Part shown: piece by piece, positions 44,518-54,824 of the stretch
Numbering within the stretch: position 1 is the first letter of the stretch
Layout of the letters: every line of letters starts with the position of its first letter
Source of the DNA: an uncultured Ruminococcus sp.
GTDB lineage: Bacteria > Bacillota > Clostridia > Oscillospirales > Acutalibacteraceae
Assembly: GCA_964472865.1 (NCBI GenBank)
Contig: CAYYLP010000005.1
Span: 2,640 to 66,639, forward strand
DNA: 64,000 nucleotides
Reading direction: 5' to 3'
Position numbers and translations under genes: made by a program
The notes under the pieces: generated by a model
What the model was told of the DNA's origin: nothing
Seen by the model: only the letters and a program-made list of their open reading frames with translations
Database searches by the model: none

Positions 44518-46377
44518 TCAAAGAAGCGGAAGCAAAAGGTCGGCAAAGCCCTTTTTGCCAAAGACAAGAAGCATAAGCTTTGAAAGTCCGCCGAGTACAG
44601 AGGTGAGTGCGGCGGTTGTCTTGTCAGGCTCGGAGGCGGGCTTGTAATCGCCGCGCTGAAGTCCGTCATAGCTGAGCTGCTCCTTGATTTCATCTGTTGC
44701 AAGGTCATATTTTGTGATAAGCTCTGCCATTACCGAACGAAGATTTTCCGTAACAGCCTCATCGGTCACAGGGTCAATAACTGTATTGGCAACCTGAGCG
44801 TTCGCCTTTGCAAGTGCAGCTTCAAGAGCTGCTCTGTCCTCTGCCGAGAAAACGCTGAGCGTAAGAGCCTTTTGAGCATCGGCAAGATAGCGATTGAGCT
44901 TTTTGAGATTTCTGACATTGTTGAACTGCGGATAGGTATCCTTGCAATCGTCAACGCTCTTAATTTTATCGGTAGCGATATCAAAAGCAAGTGAAAGAGC
45001 TACGTTGTTGTTGATAAGCTCGTGGAACTGCTTATTGAAATACCAGGTTGTATTCTCAAAATATGCCGTTGAGATATCAATTGAACCATCGGGTGACATA
45101 TGGTGAGACGGGTCAGCCATATATTCCTCGCTAAAGCTTGTGCCTGCGGCAACATAGGATGTACCGGGAGCGGTTGAGGAAATTTCGATAATCTCGTCGG
45201 AATTTGTCGTATCCTGAGTTTCAAAGAACTTGAAGAAGCCGAAATCGCCGCTTCCGTCACCGAAGCCGAGATTATAGCCTGCGATGAAATAGAACTCTGT
45301 ACCATAGGTATCTCTCTGATACTCAAGTCTTTCCTTGAGGTTGGTCTGTGCGGCAGCATAGCTGTCGGTCTGTGCTCTTGTTTCGGCAAGAGACTCATCC
45401 GAAAGATATTCCTCCGCAAATTCCTCATATCTTGTCGGAGGACAAAGAGAAATCAAAGAGGTATTCGGAACGATGAGCGTTTTGACAAAAGCCGAAATAA
45501 AATCATAAAGGATATTGTCAATCTCCTGCTTGGGGAGAATTCTTACGGCAATATTGATAAGAGAGCCCGTCATTGAATCAACACCGATTTGCTGAATTGC
45601 CTCGGTATAAACCAAATCGGGAGCATTTTCGTCAAAATCCGCAAGCATAAGGTCAGCAAAAACATCACTGCCCTGCCATGCGCCGACAATACTGATAACC
45701 TTTTCAATTCTGTTTGAATCGGGATAGAGGTTGAAATAGTTATTGACAACGCTTGCGCCCATACTCATCGGCACAAGAATAACCTTGTCCGAGCCCGTTT
45801 GAGGAATAACAACGTTCTCTATGTAATCGTTGAGACCCTTGGTGTTTTCATAGGTATTGGAGAAAATTGCATAGTTGTAGCAATATACATTATCCGCTCC
45901 AACCTCGTTAACAAGCTCCTGACAGGGAATACGTCTGTTGAAAATATTCCTCGCCTCATCCGTATAGCCGGAAAGCGGACAAGGATAATTCGGAGTTTCA
46001 ACATTGTTGATGTAGTTACCGTCGGCATCTCTGAGATGGTCAACAAAAAGAACCTCAATAATGCCCTTGATGGCATCCTCGGAGATAACGTCGTTTTGAG
46101 TTACGATTGTTACGACAAAGCCGGCAACAAATCTCAAAAGCTTGATCCAGTCGAAAACGGAATAGCTGCCAAAATCATCATTGATATGGAACATATTCCA
46201 GCTTGCAATTTGATTGCCCTCATCATCATACTTGTAGGTCTGTGACTGACCGATACCGGGAATAAAGATAATCGGTGTCACATCCTCCTCGGCACTCGCC
46301 GTAAAAGCGACCGCAGAAACAGAGAAAGCCATAACGACGCTGAGAAGAATCGCAAGAAGCTTCTTGGAAAATTTCAT
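44518..46377 (-). CDS. Secreted alpha/beta-hydrolase-like protein (lipase/LCAT-like), C-terminal hydrophobic tail
   Basis: Signal peptide (MKFSKKLLAILLSVVMAFSVSAVAFTASA), IIFIPGIGQS and VILVPMSMGASV elbow-like motifs. Functional call is tentative. Confidence 0.4.
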   Translation of the reverse strand: MKFSKKLLAILLSVVMAFSVSAVAFTASAEEDVTPIIFIPGIGQSQTYKYDDEGNQIASWNMFHINDDFGSYSVFDWIKLLRFVAGFVVTIVTQNDVISEDAIKGIIEVLFVDHLRDADGNYINNVETPNYPCPLSGYTDEARNIFNRRIPCQELVNEVGADNVYCYNYAIFSNTYENTKGLNDYIENVVIPQTGSDKVILVPMSMGASVVNNYFNLYPDSNRIEKVISIVGAWQGSDVFADLMLADFDENAPDLVYTEAIQQIGVDSMTGSLINIAVRILPKQEIDNILYDFISAFVKTLIVPNTSLISLCPPTRYEEFAEEYLSDESLAETRAQTDSYAAAQTNLKERLEYQRDTYGTEFYFIAGYNLGFGDGSGDFGFFKFFETQDTTNSDEIIEISSTAPGTSYVAAGTSFSEEYMADPSHHMSPDGSIDISTAYFENTTWYFNKQFHELINNNVALSLAFDIATDKIKSVDDCKDTYPQFNNVRNLKKLNRYLADAQKALTLSVFSAEDRAALEAALAKANAQVANTVIDPVTDEAVTENLRSVMAELITKYDLATDEIKEQLSYDGLQRGDYKPASEPDKTTAALTSVLGGLSKLMLLVFGKKGFADLLLPLL

Positions 46378-46504
46378 AAAATAACCTCCAAAAATTTAGT
46401 ACGATAATATAATAACAAAAACCGCCGAAAAAATCAATATACAAATAAAAAAATATGGCTACCTCGCACAGATTAAAGCTTTTCCCTTTCAAAACAGCCT
46501 TTGA

Positions 46505-46538
46505 ACATAAAAGCCGAGCCTAATCGGATAGGCTCGGC
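46505..46538 (-). terminator. Rho-independent terminator after the SH3b gene
   Basis: GCCGAGCCT / AGGCTCGGC 9-bp stem; T-run on the minus strand. Confidence 0.75.
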
Positions 46539-46552
46539 AGAATACCCAATGT

Positions 46553-47443
46553 TTAATTTGATTTTTTCTTTTGTATAAGAAGTAATATGACCGCCGCACT
46601 GAGAGCAAGTATTACCGCACCCAAGCAGCAAACAACAATAACATTTCTTGTATTGGCAAAAAAGCTTTCCTGCTGCATTGCCTCACTTTGCGGGGTTGAA
46701 TACTCGGGAACAGCCATTACCTGCTGTGTACCATCCTCCGTCGGCAGAGCTATTGCCTCGGCAGAGCTTCCTTCCGTCACATCTGTGCTCGACTGTATTG
46801 CAGACGGTTGACTTGTTGTCACCACTGCGGTGCCGCTGACAGCCGAGGTTGGTTTTGTACCTGTATTCGTATTTGTGTTCTGCGCCTTAATATAGTCAAT
46901 ACAAGCCCAGCCTGAGCGACCCTTATATGTGACAAAGCCCCAATCATGTCCACCGTAATTATAGGTATATTGATACGACAGCTTTGTATTATGCGGAATA
47001 ACCGCATAATCCTTATAGGTTGTTGCGGGACCCTGGCGCAGCATAACGCCGGTTTTTGAGGTTACGGTACCGTTAACTGACTTTGCCAGCTTTTTGCCGA
47101 CATCCTTGCTAACAGTTTCGTTTTCTTCAATAAAATACTTTTCAAAATCACTTTCGGAAACATCAACAAATCCGTAAGCACTGCTCCTATCATATCTGTC
47201 ATCGTCTATTACAAGCCTATATGTTTCCCCATTAAAAGTATGTACAAATAATTTGATTCCCGGCTCAACTCTGTCATCAAAAGGTTTATAACCTTCATAG
47301 GTGTGATTCTCAAAATCAAAGCCTTGCGGTCCGCAGACGACATACCAATCAACAAAATCCGATTGACCCAAATCGGCATAAGCTGTTACAGCCATTGACA
47401 CGGCCACCAAAAGGGTTAAAAATGCTGCAATAATTTTCTTCAT
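46553..47443 (-). CDS. SH3b-domain surface protein with signal peptide and C-terminal TM anchor
   Basis: GVMLRQGPATTYKDYAVIPHNTKL...GWACIDYI is a bacterial SH3-like pattern. Thr/Ser/Asn-rich linker; C-terminal hydrophobic helix plus KKKSN. Confidence 0.6.
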   Translation of the reverse strand: MKKIIAAFLTLLVAVSMAVTAYADLGQSDFVDWYVVCGPQGFDFENHTYEGYKPFDDRVEPGIKLFVHTFNGETYRLVIDDDRYDRSSAYGFVDVSESDFEKYFIEENETVSKDVGKKLAKSVNGTVTSKTGVMLRQGPATTYKDYAVIPHNTKLSYQYTYNYGGHDWGFVTYKGRSGWACIDYIKAQNTNTNTGTKPTSAVSGTAVVTTSQPSAIQSSTDVTEGSSAEAIALPTEDGTQQVMAVPEYSTPQSEAMQQESFFANTRNVIVVCCLGAVILALSAAVILLLIQKKKSN

Positions 47444-47458
47444 TTTAATTTCTCCTGT

Positions 47459-47815
47459 CTAAAATAAAATTTTTATTATTCCTGTCCCAATAAAATAGGA
47501 ACAAAAATTCAATATTAATGAAAGCAAAAACGGATTGATTTTTACCGAAAGCATTTTTCGATAGATCAAGCCCTCAACCAATATAACCACAATCTCAAGC
47601 GGAATTAAAAACCAATAATAAAGCGATTGTGAAATATAAAAGCTGACAACGGTAAGAAAACTGTTTAGGAGAGGGTTGGTTATAACATTGGAAAGAAAAA
47701 CCGTTAGCTGATCGCTCCTTTTCCTCACTCCTATTATCCATGCACAAAAAGCTTCAATAACAACTGTCAGCACAAGACAGCTCACAAATTTAAAAAGGAT
47801 TCTCTTTAATATCAT
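47459..47815 (-). CDS. Small 3-4 TM membrane protein
   Basis: 118-aa hydrophobic ORF. Its ATG overlaps the stop of the upstream 47-aa ORF (ATGA). Confidence 0.55.
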   Translation of the reverse strand: MILKRILFKFVSCLVLTVVIEAFCAWIIGVRKRSDQLTVFLSNVITNPLLNSFLTVVSFYISQSLYYWFLIPLEIVVILVEGLIYRKMLSVKINPFLLSLILNFCSYFIGTGIIKILF

Positions 47816-47955
47816 TTTTCCGGTCTTTTAAGCTCGCGTGCAACAAGCACTCCCGTAGTAATTACAATCAAAGCAAACACTGCTGCACTCACAAGCAAGG
47901 GTATCTTTACGTTGTTTACAATTGCAAAATTCACAAATTCAAGCCATTCACTCAT
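47812..47955 (-). CDS. Unannotated 47-aa single-TM peptide
   Basis: Hand translation: MSEWLEFVNFAIVNNVKIPLLVSAAVFALIVITTGVLVARELKRPEK. The start overlaps the upstream gene's stop by 8 nt (ATGAGTGA) and the stop overlaps the next start (ATGA). Below the track length cut-off. Confidence 0.5.
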   Translation of the reverse strand: MSEWLEFVNFAIVNNVKIPLLVSAAVFALIVITTGVLVARELKRPEK

Positions 47956-49009
47956 CAACAACATCCTTTCTTAATGTTATACCAAAGCAAATAAGGCAAA
48001 CCACTGTCAAAGAGAATAGCATTATACAATTTGCCGTCAAGCCTTGCAGCCTAAAAAAGAAAACGGGAGCGGCTCCGATGAAAAGACCGATCGTCGTCAA
48101 GCCAAAAGCCAGTCCGGGCTTATTAGGCAAAACAGATACCAAGGATGCAAGCGAAATCGACATTGTCATACTGAAAAACATAACACCGATAAGCGAAACT
48201 ATCATATTTTTGTCGCCAAACATCAAAAGCGGACAGGCTACTGCTACACTTAGCATTGCAATCCTTTTTACTCCAAATAAATCGGACAAAATGCCTCCCA
48301 TAGCCTTTCCTATACCCATAAAGACGAAAAAGATTATAGTTTGAATTGTTGTCTTTCGCCACGAGGTGGGGATACCGTATGCCATATATCCACGAATAAC
48401 GACGACCATAACGGCTAAAATCACAATCAAAGCCTTGCTGATGCTTTGATTTTCATAATTAAAGCTCTTACTCAGATTCGGACATTCTTTATCCGAATAG
48501 GTTTGTGCCAAAAGAATAAACGGAACGGCAGATAAAATCAAAACAAAAAGAAGCCAATAGGGAAAGCTTGTAGTGGCGAGTAGCTTGCCGAAAACTACAC
48601 CGAACGAGCCTCCCGAAACAAAAATTGCACTGTGAGAAAGCTTTCCACAGGAGCTTTTCAGAGTAATCTCCGCACCGTTGACGTGAATAAAGGCATTACC
48701 CAAGCAAAGGATAACCAGCGAAAGCAGCGGTAATCCGGTTATACTGTTTTGCAAAAGCAGGGCAAGCGCCAAAAGCACCAAGCCAACCATTCCAAAGCAT
48801 AATTTCGGAAATTTATCGTTTATGTATCCGATAATTGACTGCGGAACAAAAGCCAACATATCATAGATGAAAAAAATCAGCCACATCATCGGAGCACTTT
48901 CGATATAACGTCCCAGGACAAAAAAACATACAACTTCCGTTACAAAATGAATATAAAAATACAGAAAACCCGCACCGATATTTTTTGTTTTAAGCTTCAA
49001 ACATTTCAT
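47948..49009 (-). CDS. Polytopic membrane protein (about 10-12 TM, MFS-like?)
   Basis: 353-aa highly hydrophobic ORF, first gene of a three-cistron coupled unit. No signature recognised. Confidence 0.55.
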   Translation of the reverse strand: MKCLKLKTKNIGAGFLYFYIHFVTEVVCFFVLGRYIESAPMMWLIFFIYDMLAFVPQSIIGYINDKFPKLCFGMVGLVLLALALLLQNSITGLPLLSLVILCLGNAFIHVNGAEITLKSSCGKLSHSAIFVSGGSFGVVFGKLLATTSFPYWLLFVLILSAVPFILLAQTYSDKECPNLSKSFNYENQSISKALIVILAVMVVVIRGYMAYGIPTSWRKTTIQTIIFFVFMGIGKAMGGILSDLFGVKRIAMLSVAVACPLLMFGDKNMIVSLIGVMFFSMTMSISLASLVSVLPNKPGLAFGLTTIGLFIGAAPVFFFRLQGLTANCIMLFSLTVVCLICFGITLRKDVVDE

Positions 49010-49071
49010 ATTTTTCTCATTTCCACATTTAATGACAATATAATACCATCTTTTTCATAATAAATCAATAG

Positions 49072-49773
49072 CTAAATGCTTTTCGTTTGACGTTTGAGTA
49101 TTTCCGGAAGCTCTGTAACGGATTTTATGACAAATTTTGCTTCATCGCCCTTTCCGAGTGATCCGCGGTCTACCCAGCAGGCATCGAGGTTGCTGTTCCT
49201 TGCTCCGGCAATATCCGAGGAAAGAGAATCACCGATGACAAGCATTTTGCTTTTGTCCTTTTCGTCAATATGAGCAAAAACGTAGTCAAAAAATCCCTTG
49301 GCAGGCTTATTGAAGCCGATATCCTCAGAAATAAACACTCCGCTCACATATTCATTCAGCGGCGAATTCAAAAGTCTGCCCCTTTGAACAAAGCCGGTTC
49401 CGTTTGTGATGAGATAAAGTGAGTAAATTTCGCTCAGCTTTTCGCAAACCTCAAGCACTCCGTCAAGTAAAATTCCCGGCAAGGAAAGGTAATCCATATA
49501 CATTCGATTTGCCTGCGTCGGGTCGGCGTTCAGACACAAGCATCCGAAAAAATCCGCAAATCTCTGAACTCCCAGCTCCCCTCTTGTCAGCTCGCCCTTT
49601 TCAAGCTTTTTCCATTTTGAAGCGTTGATTTCGGAATAAAGGCGGTACTGTTCCTGTGTCGGCTCAATTCCGTAATTCCTCATCAAAAGCCCTATTGCTC
49701 GCATTTCCGATGCCTCAAAATCAAAAAGTGTGTCGTCAAGGTCAAAAAGCAGGGTTGTATATTGCATAAACAC
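49072..49773 (-). CDS. HAD-superfamily hydrolase (YjjG-type nucleotidase-like)
   Basis: LLFDLDDTLFDF motif I, ITNG motif II, VIGDSLSSDIAGA motif IV. GTG 49773 or ATG 49767 start. Confidence 0.75.
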   Translation of the reverse strand: MFMQYTTLLFDLDDTLFDFEASEMRAIGLLMRNYGIEPTQEQYRLYSEINASKWKKLEKGELTRGELGVQRFADFFGCLCLNADPTQANRMYMDYLSLPGILLDGVLEVCEKLSEIYSLYLITNGTGFVQRGRLLNSPLNEYVSGVFISEDIGFNKPAKGFFDYVFAHIDEKDKSKMLVIGDSLSSDIAGARNSNLDACWVDRGSLGKGDEAKFVIKSVTELPEILKRQTKSI

Positions 49774-49976
49774 ATTCCTTTCCTCAATTGTTAAAATAAA
49801 GTTTACTACATTAGGTATAAAAAATCAATATTTTGAACATATCATAATGATTGTAGTAAGCAATTTGATTGAAAAAACACTATGCGAAAAGTATAATACA
49901 TAGGAAAAAGAAATGCTTGTCTAAACTGTATTTTATTTAAAGCATAAAGCATTAGATACTGTAGGAGGTACTGATT

Positions 49977-51476
49977 TTGGAAATTGATATGACAGGAATA
50001 ACCTCACCCGAGCTTTTACGGCAAGAGGTTGAAAAAATGAATTCCTTCGGTGTTCGTCTCACCGGCACAAAGGCGCAGAGGAATTTTATAAAATATCTAA
50101 AAGCTCAAATACACGATATGGGCATCGAAACCTTTTCCGACCCGAGCCGCTTTATGCGCTGGGAGGAAACGAACAAAAGCCTTACCCTTAACGACCCGAA
50201 CGGTGAAATCAACATACCTATTTCGTCAGCCTTTCCCTACTCGGGCAGAACTCCGTCCGAGGGCGTTACGGCAGAGCTGACGTTTGTTAAAGAAAAGCAC
50301 GTCGGCTACCTTTCCGCCGCCGACAAAATTGCGGTTGTTGAAATTAACGAGCTTGACTTTTTCCCGAGCGAAATAGCTTTTAACGAAAGGCAGCACAGCC
50401 TCCCGGAGGGCTTGACATTGCCCGAGCATTACAAGGGACCCGTCGCAACAACCTTTGTCAATTTTCCGTTTTTAAAGCTGGCTAAATTAGCGGGCGCAAA
50501 GGGTGTAATCTGTGTTTGGAACGGAATAAACGATGCCTGTATTGAGGGTCAGTACCTTCCGTTTATCCTCGGTTATCAAGGAATCCCTGCCGTTTGGGTA
50601 AATTCCGAAAACGGTGCAAGGGTCATTGAGGCTGCTAAAAACGGAGAAACGGCAACCCTCACCCTTGATGGCATAATCGACGAATATGCAAAAACCGAAT
50701 CCTTCTGGTGCATCCTCGACGGTGAGGAGGAAGGCGAAAGTGTTATCATCAACACGCACACCGACGGCACAAACTGCATTGAGGAAAACGGTTCGATTGC
50801 CCTGCTTGCAATGATTCGCTATCTCAAGGATAAGCCGCTTAAAAGAACACATATTTTTGTTTTCGCAACCGGACATTTCAGATTGCCGAGCTTCAAAAAT
50901 GTTGACGGAGGCGGCGTTCAGGCAACATCCAAATGGCTTTCCGCTCACAAAAGTCACTGGGACGGCAAGGAGGGTCATCTGAAAGCCGTTGCCGCACTTT
51001 CCGTTGAGCATCTCGGCTGCAAAATGTGGAAAGCCGAGGACGGAGTATACAAGCAGGTGGGCGATGTTGAAACCGAGCTCGTTTACACGGGAAATCAAAC
51101 GATGGACGATATATATTTTAAATCGCTTGAGGGCAGAAAAAAGGTTCATACTCTCACATTAAGAGGTCATAATCTTCTTCATTTCGGTGAGGGTCAGCCG
51201 CTTTTTAACTGCGGTATTCCGGAAATTGCCCTTGTCCCTGCGCCCGACTGTCTTTGCGTTATAAGCAACAGTCACGAAACAGAAAAATTTGATTGCGAGC
51301 TTATGTATGAGCAGACTGTTTCGTTTATCAAAATGGTCTTGATGCTTGAGGAGCTCACCACACAGGAAATAGGTCAATGTGAGGGCTATTCCGCCGTTGC
51401 GACAAAATCAATGCTTAACGACGGAGAAAAAAAGCTCCGCAGAATCAAAGCGAGAGTTAAGGAAATTATAAAATAA
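49977..51476 (+). CDS. PA-domain / M28-like peptidase family protein (tentative)
   Basis: 499 aa. RLTGTKAQRNFIKYL N-terminal pattern, inserted PA-like segment (AGAKGVICVWNG), INTHTDG and IEENGSIALLAM resembling M28 metal-ligand motifs. AGGAGG RBS before TTG 49977. Confidence 0.4.
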   Translation: MEIDMTGITSPELLRQEVEKMNSFGVRLTGTKAQRNFIKYLKAQIHDMGIETFSDPSRFMRWEETNKSLTLNDPNGEINIPISSAFPYSGRTPSEGVTAELTFVKEKHVGYLSAADKIAVVEINELDFFPSEIAFNERQHSLPEGLTLPEHYKGPVATTFVNFPFLKLAKLAGAKGVICVWNGINDACIEGQYLPFILGYQGIPAVWVNSENGARVIEAAKNGETATLTLDGIIDEYAKTESFWCILDGEEEGESVIINTHTDGTNCIEENGSIALLAMIRYLKDKPLKRTHIFVFATGHFRLPSFKNVDGGGVQATSKWLSAHKSHWDGKEGHLKAVAALSVEHLGCKMWKAEDGVYKQVGDVETELVYTGNQTMDDIYFKSLEGRKKVHTLTLRGHNLLHFGEGQPLFNCGIPEIALVPAPDCLCVISNSHETEKFDCELMYEQTVSFIKMVLMLEELTTQEIGQCEGYSAVATKSMLNDGEKKLRRIKARVKEIIK

Positions 51477-51482
51477 AAAATA

Positions 51483-51513
51483 GGACTGCCGCCCGAAACG
51501 ACAGTCCGTTTTT
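51483..51513. terminator. Bidirectional terminator
   Basis: GGACTG..CG / CG..CAGTCC stem flanked by A7 and T5. Confidence 0.7.
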
Positions 51514-51519
51514 ATTGTA

Positions 51520-52311
51520 TTAAACATACCAAATCCAACCGAAAAGGACAATAATGATAATCCATTGCAGGCTCGAATAGCTGACCGTTACCTTGCAGCT
51601 TGCCTCTGCCGTGCCATCTACGCTTTTGGCTGTAATCGTTGCTGTTCCCTTGCCGGTCATTGTAACCTTGCCGTTATCATCAACCGTTGCAACCTTTGCG
51701 TTTGAGGTTTCCCACTCTATCTGCTCCTTGCCGTAGCTGGAGGTATAATTAATGCTTTTGACATCCTTGTAATTACCGTTGAGCACATCCGAGGAAAATG
51801 TGATAAAGCCGCCGCTTTTAACAACCTTTACCTTGGAGGCAACATTTATATTCTGCGAGCCGGATATAACAACACAGCTATCAAAATAGGCATTGAATGC
51901 GGAGGTCGGAATATCGCCGCTACCGCTTTTTGCAAAGGTGACGTTCAAAATTGAAATCGGTCCGTCAATCGGCTTTGAGGATGCCATTGAAAACATCCTT
52001 GTATTGATGTTTGATGCATTGGTCACAGAATGGTATTTATCAGAATAATCACTTTTGAGCTTTGAAAATTCGCTTGTTACCTTAATCTCCTTGCATACAC
52101 CGAGAGGTGATGAGGCATCGAAGCGAACATCCATTGAGCTGATTGAACCCTTTGTGAGTGAAAGCTCAAGAGTAACGGAGGAGGCATCGGAGCTTTTAAC
52201 AACGAGGCTGAATACCGGATTTTCCACCGCTGCGGAGGCAGAAACAGCCGCTCCACCGATAACAAGCATAGCTGCAAGCAATATTGCCGTAAATTTTTTC
52301 AATAATTTCAT
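51520..52311 (-). CDS. Cell-surface protein with Big_2 (Ig-like) domain, signal peptide and C-terminal TM anchor
   Basis: NAKVATVDDNGKVTMTGKGTATITAKSVDGTAEASCKVTV is a classical Big_2 pattern. N-terminal signal peptide; C-terminal LQWIIIIVLFGWIWYV. Confidence 0.65.
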   Translation of the reverse strand: MKLLKKFTAILLAAMLVIGGAAVSASAAVENPVFSLVVKSSDASSVTLELSLTKGSISSMDVRFDASSPLGVCKEIKVTSEFSKLKSDYSDKYHSVTNASNINTRMFSMASSKPIDGPISILNVTFAKSGSGDIPTSAFNAYFDSCVVISGSQNINVASKVKVVKSGGFITFSSDVLNGNYKDVKSINYTSSYGKEQIEWETSNAKVATVDDNGKVTMTGKGTATITAKSVDGTAEASCKVTVSYSSLQWIIIIVLFGWIWYV

Positions 52312-52463
52312 AAAACACATTCCCTTTTTTATTTTTATACTATGATTTTAATATTTAACGGCGAATATGTCAATATTTATTTTTATTTTTTCTGTACAAA
52401 TTATCGGAGCTTTGATATAATATATACATATATAATCTGCCGAGCTGAAAGGAATGGTAAGGA

Positions 52464-53246
52464 ATGAAGCTGCTTGCTCTCGGTGACGTGGTGAGTGATG
52501 GAGGCTGTAACGCCTTGACACACTGCCTGCCCCGAATAAAAAAAATGAACGAAATTGATGTTTGCATAGCCAACGGTGAAAATTCCGCTCCGGGCAACGG
52601 TATACTTCCCTCCTCGGCACAGACCTTGATTTCTGCCGGAGTTGATTTGATAACAACGGGCAATCACGTCTTTCGGCGCAGGGAATTTTCCGACTATATT
52701 GACGAGCACAATTATATTATCAGACCATACAATATGCACCCCTCATGCCCCGGAAGCGGCGTGGGCAAACTTGATATGGGACGTTACAAGATCGGTGTAA
52801 TCAATCTGATGGGCAATGCTTTTTTTAATGCGAGCTATGCCAACGCCTTTGATTCGCTCGACCGAGCTCTTGCCGAAATTGAGGATTGCAAAATTAAGGT
52901 TGTTGATTTTCACGCCGAAGCAACCGGAGAAAAAAGAGCCCTCGGCTTTTATGCGGACGGACGTATTTCTGCCCTCTGGGGAACTCATACACACGTTAAA
53001 ACCGCAGATGCTCAAATTCTGCCTAAGGGAACAGGCTACATAACCGACCTTGGTATGTGCGGCAGTGAAGTCTCCGTGCTGGGCATTGAGCCGGAATGTA
53101 TAATCCGCTCCTTAAAAACCGGTATGCCCACCCAATTTAAAGCAAAGGAAGCCGAGATTTCCATCAACGGCTGTATGTTTGAAATTGACGAAAAAAGCGG
53201 ACTGACCAAAAGCATCCGCACAATTACGATAAGGGAGTTTGACTGA
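52464..53246 (+). CDS. ymdB: YmdB-like metallophosphoesterase (2',3'-cyclic-nucleotide 2'-phosphodiesterase family, TIGR00282)
   Basis: MKLLALGDVVSDGG, ANGENSAPGNGI, TTGNH, DFHAEATGEK, GTHTHV motifs. Confidence 0.85.
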   Translation: MKLLALGDVVSDGGCNALTHCLPRIKKMNEIDVCIANGENSAPGNGILPSSAQTLISAGVDLITTGNHVFRRREFSDYIDEHNYIIRPYNMHPSCPGSGVGKLDMGRYKIGVINLMGNAFFNASYANAFDSLDRALAEIEDCKIKVVDFHAEATGEKRALGFYADGRISALWGTHTHVKTADAQILPKGTGYITDLGMCGSEVSVLGIEPECIIRSLKTGMPTQFKAKEAEISINGCMFEIDEKSGLTKSIRTITIREFD

Positions 53247-54823
53247 TGCAAAGGACACTGAAAAATATTATATCCTCTCTGCTTTGCCTTGCAATTCTTT
53301 TTTCACTTTGCTCATGTAAGGAGGCGCAGAGTGTTATAGACACGCTCGGCATAGGTGATAGGGACACGGTTGACCCCGGAATCGACCGCACAGATTTTTC
53401 CGTGCCGTTTTTGCGAACGGATTCACTTGACCCGTATAAGGCAACCGAAGCCATGAACATATATATTTCAAAGCTGCTTTATGATTCTCTTTTTACCGTA
53501 AGCAGCCGCTTTGAGGCAATAAACCAAATTGCACAAAGCTATTCTCTTGACGGGAATAAGCTCTCCGTTTACATAAAAAGCGGTCTGAGCTTTACCGATG
53601 GCTCACCTCTTACCGCAAAGGATGTTGTTTATTCCTATGAGCTTGCCCAAAAATGTCCCACCTATATCCCCTACCTCGAAAGCTTTGTTCAAGCGGAAGC
53701 ATCCGGTACAGGCTGTATCATCTTCACCATGAGCTGCAAAAATGCCGATGAAACGGCAAATCTGATTTTTCCGATTGTCAAAGCAAGCTCCGCAGAGGGT
53801 GAGCAAGACTCCGAAAGCACGGATGACAAATCCAATTCGCTCAAAAGCCTTCCGATTGGCAGCGGAAGGTATACCGTTATCAGCGATAACGGTCAACGCT
53901 ATCTTTCCGCCAACAAAGCCCGTCTCGGAGGCTATCACCCGATTTATAACAGAATCGGTCTGGTCGATGTTACCGATACAGCCTCCTTCGGAAATCTTTT
54001 TGAGATGAACGAGATTGATTTTTACTGCGATAATTTTGATGAGGGTACATACGGCAAAACGACCGAAAACAGCAGTAAGGTCAGCCTGACAAACTTTGTG
54101 TACCTCGGCATAAATTCCGGCAGCGGAGCCCTTTCCGATGCAAGGGTTCGTCGAGCAATTGCACTTGCCCTTGACAGAACGGAGCTTTCCTCGGTTTCGT
54201 ACGCAAGCTGTGCCGAAGCAACCGCTCTGCCCTTCCACCCCTCCTACAGCAAGCTCGACGGAATTACGCAACCCACACTGAAAAACAAAAACGAGTCGGC
54301 GATCAAGCTTCTTGAAGATAACGGCTTCGATAAGGTCAGCGATTCGGGCATTCGATATTCCGAAAGCTCATCCTTAAATCTGACCCTGCTTGTTAATAAC
54401 AACAATGCTTTCCGCCGCTCACTTGCAAGAGGTATTCAGCAAGCACTCGAAAAGCTTGATATTAAGGTATCAATCCGTGAGGTATCGTACAACAGCTACG
54501 TTTCTTCAATCCAAGGTGAGAGCTTTGATCTTTATATAGGTGAAGTGATTCTTTCCAACACGTTTGGGCTTTCACGCTTTTTCTCCGAAACCGGAGCACT
54601 TAGGTATGGCATTGATTTAAGCTGTAAATCGGCACAGCTTTACAAGCAATATCAAAACGGTGAGCTTGAACTGAGAAGCTTTGTGGATTCTTTTTCCGAT
54701 GAGCTGCCCTTTATCCCGATAGCATTCAGACAGGGTATAACCACAGCCTCGGAAAAGCTGAAAAACGAAATACAAACGCTCCCGGGTGACTGCTTCGCCA
54801 ATATAAATGAATGGACTGCTTGA
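53246..54823 (+). CDS. Family-5 ABC-transporter substrate-binding lipoprotein (peptide/nickel type), orphan
   Basis: Lipobox LFSLCSC, about 525 aa, typical SBP_bac_5 length and pattern. No permease or ATPase genes adjacent. Confidence 0.65.
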   Translation: MQRTLKNIISSLLCLAILFSLCSCKEAQSVIDTLGIGDRDTVDPGIDRTDFSVPFLRTDSLDPYKATEAMNIYISKLLYDSLFTVSSRFEAINQIAQSYSLDGNKLSVYIKSGLSFTDGSPLTAKDVVYSYELAQKCPTYIPYLESFVQAEASGTGCIIFTMSCKNADETANLIFPIVKASSAEGEQDSESTDDKSNSLKSLPIGSGRYTVISDNGQRYLSANKARLGGYHPIYNRIGLVDVTDTASFGNLFEMNEIDFYCDNFDEGTYGKTTENSSKVSLTNFVYLGINSGSGALSDARVRRAIALALDRTELSSVSYASCAEATALPFHPSYSKLDGITQPTLKNKNESAIKLLEDNGFDKVSDSGIRYSESSSLNLTLLVNNNNAFRRSLARGIQQALEKLDIKVSIREVSYNSYVSSIQGESFDLYIGEVILSNTFGLSRFFSETGALRYGIDLSCKSAQLYKQYQNGELELRSFVDSFSDELPFIPIAFRQGITTASEKLKNEIQTLPGDCFANINEWTA

Positions 54824-54824
54824 T

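Noticed and set aside
50487-51149. 220-aa antisense ORF inside the M28-like gene.
   Set aside because: No RBS and no motifs. The sense ORF is longer and is flanked by an RBS and a terminator.
53603-54271. 222-aa antisense ORF inside the SBP gene.
   Set aside because: It is a shadow ORF. The sense gene has a lipobox and family-5 SBP length.
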